This document shows positions 51,601 through 64,000 of a DNA stretch of 64,000 nt, in pieces. Numbering within the stretch: the first letter of the stretch is position 1; each line of letters starts with the position of its first letter. Source of the stretch: Auanema rhodensis (lineage: Eukaryota; Animalia; Nematoda). Position numbers and translations under genes: made by a program. The stretch spans positions 4,526,001-4,590,000 of the forward strand of contig OZ059896.1 in NCBI GenBank assembly GCA_964057225.1, written 5' to 3'. Under the pieces are notes generated by a model that saw nothing but the letters and a program-made list of their open reading frames with translations, searched no databases and was not told the DNA's origin.

Positions 51601-54600
51601 TTTTTCGAAAAAATTTTTGTCAAAATGTTTTTGGAAGCAATGTTGAGTGTACATGGAAACTCAACATACACTAATGCATCATTTTTCAAACGATCATAAC
51701 TAATTTTTGTATTAAGCTTTCCTCAATGTAATCTAGTGCATTCGATGCGGTTTTTTAAGCTGCGTCGATCTGTGTTATCAGATTTGCGCTAGCTTAAAAA
51801 TGCACCTAGATATCATCTGATATAAGTTCACACTTATATCCTCGATTTTCACCCTGAAGAATTAATTTTTTCGTTGAATAACATTGTCCATCGTTTTTGC
51901 CTTGAAAGAAGGAATCTAAAAACAGCTACTCTTTGCTAAATTATTTTGAAATTTTTCGAAAAAATTTTTGTCAAAATGTTTTTGGAAGCAATGTTGAGTG
52001 TACATGGAAACTCAACATACACTAATGCATCATTTTTCAAAAGATCATAACTAATTTTTGTATTTAGCGTTTCTCAATGTAGTATAGTGCATTCGATGCG
52101 GATTTTTAAGCTGCGTCGATCTGTACTATCAGATTTGCGCTAGCTTAAAAATGCACCTAGATATCATCTGATATAAGTTCACACTTATATCCTCGATTTT
52201 CACCCTGAAGAATTAATTTTTTCGTTGAATAACATTGTCCATCGTTTTTGCCTTGAAAAAAGGAATCTAAAAACATCTACTTTTTGCTAAATTATTTTGA
52301 AATTTTTCGAAAAAATTTTTGTCAAAATGTTTTTGGAAGCAATGTTGAGTGTACATGGAAACTCAACATACACTAATGCATAATTTTTCAAACGATCATA
52401 ACTAATTTTTGTATTGAGCTTTTCTCAATGTAATATAGTGCATTCGATGCGGATTTTTAAGCTGCGTCGATCTGTGTTATCAGATTTGCGCTAGCTTAAA
52501 AATGCACCGAGATATTAACTGATATAAGTTCACACTTATATCCTCGATTTTCACCCTGAAGAATTAATTTTTTCGTTGAATAACATTGTCCATCGTTTTT
52601 GCCTCAAAAAAAGGAATCTAAAAACATCTACTTTTTGCGAAATTATTTTGAAATTTTTCGAAAAAATTTTGTCAAAATGTTTTTGGAAGCAATGTTGAGT
52701 GTACATGGAAACTCAACATACACTAATGCATCATTTTTCAAACAATCATAACTAATTTTTGTATTAAGCTTTCCTCAATGTAATATAGTGCATTCGATGC
52801 GGATTTTTAAGCTGCGTCGATCTGTGTTATCAGATTTGCGCTAGCTTGAAAATGCACCGAGATATCAACTGATATAAGTTCACACTTATATCCTCGATTT
52901 TCACCCTGAAGAATTAATTTTTTCGTTGAATAACATTGTCCATCGTTTTTGCCTTGAAAGAAGGAATCTAAAAACATCTACTTTTTGCTAAATTATTTTG
53001 AAATTTTTCGAAAAAATTTTGTCAAAATGTTTTTGGAAGCAATGTTGAGTGTACATGGAAACTCAACATACACTAATGCATCATTTTTCAAAAGATCATA
53101 ACTAATTTTTGTATTAAGCTTTCCTCAATGTAATATAGTGCATTCGATGCGGTTTTTTAAGCTGCGTCGATCTGTGTTATCAGATTTGCGCTAGCTTAAA
53201 AATGCACCTAGATATCATCTGATATAAGTTCACACTTATATCCTCGATTTTCACCCTGAAGAATTAATTTTTTCGTTGAATAACATTGTCCATCGTTTTT
53301 GCCTTGAAAAAAGGAATCTAAAAACATCTACTTTTTGCTAAATTATTTTGAAATTTTTCGAAAAAATTTTTGTCAAAATGTTTTTGGAAGCAATGTTGAG
53401 TGTACATGGAAACTCAACATACACTAATGCATCATTTTTCAAACGATCATAACTAATTTTTGTATTAAGCTTTTCTCAATGTAATATAGTGCATTCGATG
53501 CGGATTTTTAAGCTGCGTCGATCTGTGTTATCAGATTTGCGCTAGCTTAAAAATGCACCGAGATATTAACTGATATAAGTTCACACTTATATCCTCGATT
53601 TTCACCCTGAAGAATTAATTTTTTCGTTGAATAACATTGTCCATCGTTTTTGCCTCAAAAAAAGGAATCTAAAAACATCTACTTTTTGCGAAATTATTTT
53701 GAAATTTTTCGAAAAAATTTTGTCAAAATGTTTTTGGAAGCAATGTTGAGTGTACATGGAAACTCAACATACACTAATGCATCATTTTTCAAACGATCAT
53801 AACTAATTTTTGTATTAAGCTTTCCTCAATGTAATATAGTGCATTCGATGCGGTTTTTTAAGCTGCGTCGATCTGTGTTATCAGATTTGCGCTAGCTTAA
53901 AAATGCACCGAGATATTAACTGATATAAGTTCACACTTATATCCTCGATTTTCACCCTGAAGAATTAATTTTTTCGTTGAATAACATTGTCCATCGTTTT
54001 TGCCTTGAGAGAAGGAATCTAAAAACATCTACTTTTTGCTAAATTATTTTGAAATTTTTCGAAAAAATTTTTGTCAAAATGTTTTTGGAAGCAATGTTGA
54101 GTGTACATGGAAACTCAACATACACTAATGCATCATTTTTCAAACGATCATAACTAATTTTTGTATTAAGCTTTCCTCAATGTAATATAGTGCATTCGAT
54201 GCGGATTTTTAAGCTGCGTCGATCTGTGTTATCAGATTTGCGCTAGCTTAAAAATGCACCTAGATATCATCTGATATAAGTTCACACTTATATCCTCGAT
54301 TTTCACCCTGAAGAATTAATTTTTTCGTTGAATAACATTGTCCATCGTTTTTGCCTTGAAAAAAGGAATCTAAAAACATCTACTTTTTGCTAAATTATTT
54401 TGAAATTTTTCGAAAAAATTTTTGTCAAAATGTTTTTGGAAGCAATGTTGAGTGTACATGGAAACTCAACATACACTAATGCATCATTTTTCAAACGATC
54501 ATAACTAATTTTTGTATCAAGCTTTTCTCAATGTAATATAGTGCATTCGATGCGGATTTTTAAGCTGCGTCGATCTGTGTTATCAGATTTGCGCTAGCTT

Positions 54601-57600
54601 AAAAATGCACCGAGATATTAACTGATATAAGTTCACACTTATATCCTCGATTTTCACCCTGAAGAATTAATTTTTTCGTTGAATAACATTGTCCATCGTT
54701 TTTGCCTCAAAAAAAGGAATCTAAAAACATCTACTTTTTGCGAAATTATTTTGAAATTTTTCGAAAAAATTTTGTCAAAATGTTTTTGGAAGCAATGTTG
54801 AGTGTACATGGAAACTCAACATACACTAATGCATCATTTTTCAAACGATCATAACTAATTTTTGTATTAAGCTTTCCTCAATGTAATATAGTGCATTCGA
54901 TGCGGTTTTTTAAGCTGCGTCGATCTGTGTTATCAGATTTGCGCTAGCTTAAAAATGCACCGAGATATTAACTGATATAAGTTCACACTTATATCCTCGA
55001 TTTTCACCCTGAAGAATTAATTTTTTCGTTGAATAACATTGTCCATCGTTTTTGCCTTGAGAGAAGGAATCTAAAAACATCTACTTTTTGCTAAATTATT
55101 TTGAAATTTTTCGAAAAAATTTTTGTCAAAATGTTTTTGGAAGCAATGTTGAGTGTACATGGAAACTCAACATACACTAATGCATCATTTTTCAAAAGAT
55201 CATAACTAATTTTTGTATTAAGCGTTTCTCAATGTAGTATAGTGCATTCGATGCGGATTTTTAAGCTGCGTCGATCTAGGTTATCAGATTTGCGCTAGCT
55301 TAAAAATGCACCGAGATATTAACTGATATAAGTTCACACTTATATCCTCGATTTTCACCCTGAAGAATTAATTTTTTCGTTGAATAACATTGTCCATCGT
55401 TTTTGCCTCAAAAAAAGGAATCTAAAAACATCTACTTTTTGCGAAATTATTTTGAAATTTTTCGAAAAAATTTTGTCAAAATGTTTTTGGAAGCAATGTT
55501 GAGTGTACATGGAAACTCAACATACACTAATGCATCATTTTTCAAACGATCATAACTAATTTTTGTATTAAGCTTTCCTCAATGTAATATAGTGCATTCG
55601 ATGCGGTTTTTAAAGCTGCGTCGATCTGTGTTATCAGATTTGCGCTAGCTTAAAAATACACCGAGATATTAACAGATATAAGTTCACACTTATATCCTCG
55701 ATTTTCACCCTGAAGAATTAATTTTTTCGTTGAATAACATTGTCCATCGTTTTTGCCTCAAAAAAAGGAATCTAAAAACATCTACTTTTTGCGAAATTAT
55801 TTTGAAATTTTTCGAAAAAATTTTGTCAAAATGTTTTTGGAAGCAATGTTGAGTGTACATGGAAACTCAACATACACTAATGCATCATTTTTCAAACGAT
55901 CATAACTAATTTTTGTGATGAGCGTTTCTCCATGTAGTATAATGCATTCGATGCGGATTTTTAAGCTGCGTCGATCTGTGTTATCAGATTTGCGCTAGCT
56001 TGAAAATGCACCGAGATATTAACTGATATAAGTTCACACTTATATCCTCGATTTTCACCCTGAAGAATTAATTTTTTCGTTGAATAACATTGTCCATCGT
56101 TTTTGCCTTGAGAGAAGGAATCTAAAGACATCTACTTTTTGCTAAATTATTTTGAAATTTTTCGAAAAAATTTTTGTCAAAATGTTTTTGGAAGCAATGT
56201 TGAGTGTACATGGAAACTCAACATACACTAATGCATCATTTTTCAAAAGATCATAACTAATTTTTGTATTAAGCGTTTCTCAATGTAGTATAGTGCATTC
56301 GATGCGGATTTTTAAGCTGCGTCGATGTGTACTATCAGATTTGCGCTGGCTTGAAAATGCACCGAGATATCAACTGATATAAGTTCACACCTATATCCTC
56401 GATTTTCACCCTGAAGAATTAATTTTTTCGTTGAATAACATTGTCCATCGTTTTTGCCTTGAAAGAAGGAATCTAAAAGCATCTACTTTTTGCGAAATTA
56501 TTTTGAAATTTTTCGAAAAAATTTTGTCAAAATGTTTTTGGAAGCAATGTTGAGTGTACATGGAAACTCAACATACACTAATGCATCATTTTTCAAACGA
56601 TCATAACTAATTTTTGTGATGAGCGTTTCTCCACGTAGTATAATGCATTCGATGCGGATTTTTAAGCTGCGTCGATCTGTGTTATCAGATTTGCGCTAGC
56701 TTAAAAATGCACCTAGATATCATCTGATATAAGTTCACACTTATATCCTCGATTTTCACCCTGAAGAATTAATTTTTTCGTTGAATAACATTGTCCATCG
56801 TTTTTGCCTTGAAAAAAGGAATCTAAAAACATCTACTTTTTGCTAAATTATTTTGAAATTTTTCGAAAAAATTTTTGTCAAAATGTTTTTGGAAGCAATG
56901 TTGAGTGTACATGGAAACTCAACATACACTAATGCATAATTTTTCAAACGATCATAACTAATTTTTGTATTGAGCTTTTCTCAATGTAATATAGTGCATT
57001 CGATGCGGATTTTTAAGCTGCGTCGATCTGTGTTATCAGATTTGCGCTAGCTTAAAAATGCACCGAGATATTAACTGATATAAGTTCACACTTATATCCT
57101 CGATTTTCACCCTGAAGAATTAATTTTTTCGTTGAATAACATTGTCCATCGTTTTTGCCTCAAAAAAAGGAATCTAAAAACATCTACTTTTTGCGAAATT
57201 ATTTTGAAATTTTTCGAAAAAATTTTGTCAAAATGTTTTTGGAAGCAATGTTGAGTGTACATGGAAACTCAACATACACTAATGCATCATTTTTCAAACA
57301 ATCATAACTAATTTTTGTATTAAGCTTTCCTCAATGTAATATAGTGCATTCGATGCGGATTTTTAAGCTGCGTCGATCTGTGTTATCAGATTTGCGCTAG
57401 CTTGAAAATGCACCGAGATATCAACTGATATAAGTTCACACTTATATCCTCGATTTTCACCCTGAAGAATTAATTTTTTCGTTGAATAACATTGTCCATC
57501 GTTTTTGCCTTGAAAGAAGGAATCTAAAAACATCTACTTTTTGCTAAATTATTTTGAAATTTTTCGAAAAAATTTTGTCAAAATGTTTTTGGAAGCAATG

Positions 57601-60600
57601 TTGAGTGTACATGGAAACTCAACATACACTAATGCATCATTTTTCAAAAGATCATAACTAATTTTTGTATTAAGCTTTCCTCAATGTAATATAGTGCATT
57701 CGATGCGGTTTTTTAAGCTGCGTCGATCTGTGTTATCAGATTTGCGCTAGCTTAAAAATGCACCTAGATATCATCTGATATAAGTTCACACTTATATCCT
57801 CGATTTTCACCCTGAAGAATTAATTTTTTCGTTGAATAACATTGTCCATCGTTTTTGCCTTGAAAAAAGGAATCTAAAAACATCTACTTTTTGCTAAATT
57901 ATTTTGAAATTTTTCGAAAAAATTTTTGTCAAAATGTTTTTGGAAGCAATGTTGAGTGTACATGGAAACTCAACATACACTAATGCATCATTTTTCAAAC
58001 GATCATAACTAATTTTTGTATTAAGCTTTTCTCAATGTAATATAGTGCATTCGATGCGGATTTTTAAGCTGCGTCGATCTGTGTTATCAGATTTGCGCTA
58101 GCTTAAAAATGCACCGAGATATTAACTGATATAAGTTCACACTTATATCCTCGATTTTCACCCTGAAGAATTAATTTTTTCGTTGAATAACATTGTCCAT
58201 CGTTTTTGCCTCAAAAAAAGGAATCTAAAAACATCTACTTTTTGCGAAATTATTTTGAAATTTTTCGAAAAAATTTTGTCAAAATGTTTTTGGAAGCAAT
58301 GTTGAGTGTACATGGAAACTCAACATACACTAATGCATCATTTTTCAAACGATCATAACTAATTTTTGTATTAAGCTTTCCTCAATGTAATATAGTGCAT
58401 TCGATGCGGTTTTTTAAGCTGCGTCGATCTGTGTTATCAGATTTGCGCTAGCTTAAAAATGCACCGAGATATTAACTGATATAAGTTCACACTTATATCC
58501 TCGATTTTCACCCTGAAGAATTAATTTTTTCGTTGAATAACATTGTCCATCGTTTTTGCCTTGAGAGAAGGAATCTAAAAACATCTACTTTTTGCTAAAT
58601 TATTTTGAAATTTTTCGAAAAAATTTTTGTCAAAATGTTTTTGGAAGCAATGTTGAGTGTACATGGAAACTCAACATACACTAATGCATCATTTTTCAAA
58701 CGATCATAACTAATTTTTGTATTAAGCTTTCCTCAATGTAATATAGTGCATTCGATGCGGATTTTTAAGCTGCGTCGATCTGTGTTATCAGATTTGCGCT
58801 AGCTTAAAAATGCACCTAGATATCATCTGATATAAGTTCACACTTATATCCTCGATTTTCACCCTGAAGAATTAATTTTTTCGTTGAATAACATTGTCCA
58901 TCGTTTTTGCCTTGAAAAAAGGAATCTAAAAACATCTACTTTTTGCTAAATTATTTTGAAATTTTTCGAAAAAATTTTTGTCAAAATGTTTTTGGAAGCA
59001 ATGTTGAGTGTACATGGAAACTCAACATACACTAATGCATCATTTTTCAAACGATCATAACTAATTTTTGTATTAAGCTTTTCTCAATGTAATATAGTGC
59101 ATTCGATGCGGATTTTTAAGCTGCGTCGATCTGTGTTATCAGATTTGCGCTAGCTTAAAAATGCACCGAGATATTAACTGATATAAGTTCACACTTATAT
59201 CCTCGATTTTCACCCTGAAGAATTAATTTTTTCGTTGAATAACATTGTCCATCGTTTTTGCCTCAAAAAAAGGAATCTAAAAACATCTACTTTTTGCGAA
59301 ATTATTTTGAAATTTTTCGAAAAAATTTTGTCAAAATGTTTTTGGAAGCAATGTTGAGTGTACATGGAAACTCAACATACACTAATGCATCATTTTTCAA
59401 ACGATCATAACTAATTTTTGTATTAAGCTTTCCTCAATGTAATATAGTGCATTCGATGCGGTTTTTTAAGCTGCGTCGATCTGTGTTATCAGATTTGCGC
59501 TAGCTTAAAAATGCACCGAGATATTAACTGATATAAGTTCACACTTATATCCTCGATTTTCACCCTGAAGAATTAATTTTTTCGTTGAATAACATTGTCC
59601 ATCGTTTTTGCCTTGAGAGAAGGAATCTAAAAACATCTACTTTTTGCTAAATTATTTTGAAATTTTTCGAAAAAATTTTTGTCAAAATGTTTTTGGAAGC
59701 AATGTTGAGTGTACATGGAAACTCAACATACACTAATGCATCATTTTTCAAAAGATCATAACTAATTTTTGTATTAAGCGTTTCTCAATGTAGTATAGTG
59801 CATTCGATGCGGATTTTTAAGCTGCGTCGATCTAGGTTATCAGATTTGCGCTAGCTTAAAAATGCACCGAGATATTAACTGATATAAGTTCACACTTATA
59901 TCCTCGATTTTCACCCTGAAGAATTAATTTTTTCGTTGAATAACATTGTCCATCGTTTTTGCCTCAAAAAAAGGAATCTAAAAACATCTACTTTTTGCGA
60001 AATTATTTTGAAATTTTTCGAAAAAATTTTGTCAAAATGTTTTTGGAAGCAATGTTGAGTGTACATGGAAACTCAACATACACTAATGCATCATTTTTCA
60101 AACGATCATAACTAATTTTTGTATTAAGCTTTCCTCAATGTAATATAGTGCATTCGATGCGGTTTTTAAAGCTGCGTCGATCTGTGTTATCAGATTTGCG
60201 CTAGCTTAAAAATACACCGAGATATTAACAGATATAAGTTCACACTTATATCCTCGATTTTCACCCTGAAGAATTAATTTTTTCGTTGAATAACATTGTC
60301 CATCGTTTTTGCCTCAAAAAAAGGAATCTAAAAACATCTACTTTTTGCGAAATTATTTTGAAATTTTTCGAAAAAATTTTGTCAAAATGTTTTTGGAAGC
60401 AATGTTGAGTGTACATGGAAACTCAACATACACTAATGCATCATTTTTCAAACGATCATAACTAATTTTTGTGATGAGCGTTTCTCCATGTAGTATAATG
60501 CATTCGATGCGGATTTTTAAGCTGCGTCGATCTGTGTTATCAGATTTGCGCTAGCTTGAAAATGCACCGAGATATTAACTGATATAAGTTCACACTTATA

Positions 60601-63600
60601 TCCTCGATTTTCACCCTGAAGAATTAATTTTTTCGTTGAATAACATTGTCCATCGTTTTTGCCTTGAGAGAAGGAATCTAAAGACATCTACTTTTTGCTA
60701 AATTATTTTGAAATTTTTCGAAAAAATTTTTGTCAAAATGTTTTTGGAAGCAATGTTGAGTGTACATGGAAACTCAACATACACTAATGCATCATTTTTC
60801 AAAAGATCATAACTAATTTTTGTATTAAGCGTTTCTCAATGTAGTATAGTGCATTCGATGCGGATTTTTAAGCTGCGTCGATGTGTACTATCAGATTTGC
60901 GCTGGCTTGAAAATGCACCGAGATATCAACTGATATAAGTTCACACCTATATCCTCGATTTTCACCCTGAAGAATTAATTTTTTCGTTGAATAACATTGT
61001 CCATCGTTTTTGCCTTGAAAGAAGGAATCTAAAAGCATCTACTTTTTGCGAAATTATTTTGAAATTTTTCGAAAAAATTTTGTCAAAATGTTTTTGGAAG
61101 CAATGTTGAGTGTACATGGAAACTCAACATACACTAATGCATCATTTTTCAAACGATCATAACTAATTTTTGTGATGAGCGTTTCTCCATGTAGTATAAT
61201 GCATTCGATGCGGATTTTTAAGCTGCGTCGATCTGTGTTATCAGATTTGCGCTAGCTTGAAAATGCACCGAGATATCAACTGATATAAGTTCACACTTAT
61301 ATCCTCGATTTTCACCCTGAAGAATTAATTTTTTCGTTGAATAACATTGTCCATCGTTTTTGCCTTGAAAGAAGGAATCTAAAAACATCTACTTTTTGCT
61401 AAATTATTTTGAAATTTTTCGAAAAAATTTTTGTCAAAATGTTTTTGGAAGCAATGTTGAGTGTACATGGAAACTCAACATACACTAATGCATCATTTTT
61501 CAAACGATCATAACTAATTTTTGTATTGAGCTTTCCTCAATGTAATATAGTGCATTCGATGCGGTTTTTAAAGCTGCGTCGATCTGTGTTATCAGATTTG
61601 CGCTAGCTTAAAAATACACCGAGATATTAACAGATATAAGTTCACACTTATATCCTCGATTTTCACCCTGAAGAATTAATTTTTTCGTTGAATAACATTG
61701 TCCATCGTTTTTGCCTCAAAAAAAGGAATCTAAAAACATCTACTTTTTGCGAAATTATTTTGAAATTTTTCGAAAAAATTTTGTCAAAATGTTTTTGGAA
61801 GCAATGTTGAGTGTACATGGAAACTCAACATACACTAATGCATCATTTTTCAAACGATCATAACTAATTTTTGTGATGAGCGTTTCTCCATGTAGTATAA
61901 TGCATTCGATGCGGATTTTTAAGCTGCGTCGATCTGTGTTATCAGATTTGCGCTAGCTTGAAAATGCACCGAGATATTAACTGATATAAGTTCACACTTA
62001 TATCCTCGATTTTCACCCTGAAGAATTAATTTTTTCGTTGAATAACATTGTCCATCGTTTTTGCCTTGAGAGAAGGAATCTAAAGACATCTACTTTTTGC
62101 TAAATTATTTTGAAATTTTTCGAAAAAATTTTTGTCAAAATGTTTTTGGAAGCAATTTTGAGTGTACATGGAAACTCAACATACACTAATGCATCATTTT
62201 TCAAACGATCATAACTAATTTTTGTGATGAGCGTTTCTCCATGTAGTATAATGCATTCGATGCGGATTTTTAAGCTGCGTCGATCTGTGTTATCAGATTT
62301 GCGCTAGCTTGAAAATGCACCGAGATATTAACTGATATAAGTTCACACTTATATCCTCGATTTTCACCCTGAAGAATTAATTTTTTCGTTGAATAACATT
62401 GTCCATCGTTTTTGCCTTGAGAGAAGGAATCTAAAGACATCTACTTTTTGCTAAATTATTTTGAAATTTTTCGAAAAAATTTTTGTCAAAATGTTTTTGG
62501 AAGCAATGTTGAGTGTACATGGAAACTCAACATACACTAATGCATCATTTTTCAAAAGATCATAACTAATTTTTGTATTAAGCGTTTCTCAATGTAGTAT
62601 AGTGCATTCGATGCGGATTTTTAAGCTGCGTCGATGTGTACTATCAGATTTGCGCTGGCTTGAAAATGCACCGAGATATCAACTGATATAAGTTCACACC
62701 TATATCCTCGATTTTCACCCTGAAGAATTAATTTTTTCGTTGAATAACATTGTCCATCGTTTTTGCCTTGAAAGAAGGAATCTAAAAGCATCTACTTTTT
62801 GCGAAATTATTTTGAAATTTTTCGAAAAAATTTTGTCAAAATGTTTTTGGAAGCAATGTTGAGTGTACATGGAAACTCAACATACACTAATGCATCATTT
62901 TTCAAACGATCATAACTAATTTTTGTGATGAGCGTTTCTCCATGTAGTATAATGCATTCGATGCGGATTTTTAAGCTGCGTCGATCTGTGTTATCAGATT
63001 TGCGCTAGCTTGAAAATGCACCGAGATATCAACTGATATAAGTTCACACTTATATCCTCGATTTTCACCCTGAAGAATTAATTTTTTCGTTGAATAACAT
63101 TGTCCATCGTTTTTGCCTTGAAAGAAGGAATCTAAAAACATCTACTTTTTGCTAAATTATTTTGAAATTTTTCGAAAAAATTTTTGTCAAAATGTTTTTG
63201 GAAGCAATTTTGAGTGTACATGGAAACTCAACATACACTAATGCATCATTTTTCAAAAGATCATAACTAATTTTTGTATTAAGCGTTTCTCAATGTAGTA
63301 TAGTGCATTCGATGCGGATTTTTAAGCTGCGTCGATGTGTACTATCAGATTTGCGCTGGCTTGAAAATGCACCGAGATATCAACTGATATAAGTTCACAC
63401 CTATATCCTCGATTTTCACCCTGAAGAATTAATTTTTTCGTTGAATAACATTGTCCATCGTTTTTGCCTTGAAAGAAGGAATCTAAAAGCATCTACTTTT
63501 TGCTAAATTATTTTGAAATTTTTCGAAAAAAGTTTTGTCAAAATGTTTTTGGAAGCAATGTTGAGTGTACATGGAAACTCAACATACACTAATGCATCAT

Positions 63601-64000
63601 TTTTCAAACGATCATAACTAATTTTTGTGATGAGCGTTTCTCCATGTAGTATAGTGCATTCGATGCGGATTTTTAAGCTGCGTCGATCTGTGTTATCAGA
63701 TTTGCGCTAGCTTAAAAATGCACCGAGATATCAACTGATATAAGTTCACACTTATATCCTCGATTTTCACCCTGAAGAATTAATTTTTTCGTTGAATAAC
63801 ATTGTCCATCGTTTTTGCCTTGAAAGAAGGAATCTAAAAACATCTACTTTTTGCTAAATTATTTTGAAATTTTTCGAAAAAATTTTTGTCAAAATGTTTT
63901 TGGAAGCAATTTTGAGTGTACATGGAAACTCAACATACACTAATGCATCATTTTTCAAACGATCATAACTAATTTTTGTATTAAGCTTTCCTCAATGTAA
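45695..64000 (+). repeat. Satellite B, 350/351-bp tandem array, main orientation (~52 monomers; continues off the right edge)
   Basis: AATGCACCGA at 45841 and 46191 gives a period of 350. The 351-bp units have an extra T in CGAAAAAATTTT(T)GTC. Confidence 0.99.

Noticed and set aside
1-64000. CRISPR array, or an RT-plus-repeat prokaryotic system (retron, DGR, group II intron, defence RT)
   Set aside because: The repeats have no unique spacers and there are no cas or partner genes. The RT motifs (NYRPISL, DFSKAFD, GVPQG, RPILEYAS..WSP) are eukaryotic non-LTR type.
1-64000. Species or named satellite assignment; tRNA/5S/snRNA arrays; telomeric repeats
   Set aside because: I do not recognise either monomer with confidence, and I saw no RNA-gene or telomere motifs.

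Overview
Eukaryotic (probably invertebrate) satellite heterochromatin, centromere/pericentromere-like, with no host genes. Layout: 176-bp satellite A, forward (1-36682, ~208 copies) | satellite A, inverted (36684-42074, ~30.6 copies) | 5'-truncated CR1-like non-LTR retrotransposon on the minus strand (42075-44438; RT frame uninterrupted for ~621 codons) | 350/351-bp satellite B, short arm in opposite orientation (44439-45672, ~3.5 copies) | 22-bp filler | satellite B, main orientation (45695-64000, ~52 copies). The most notable structure is that the LINE is the sole joint between two different satellite families and has no target-site duplication. Each satellite also flips strand close to the LINE, and diagnostic variants are mirrored across each flip point. 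I found no novel protein-coding system; the interesting biology is the repeat architecture. All counts and offsets were read by eye.
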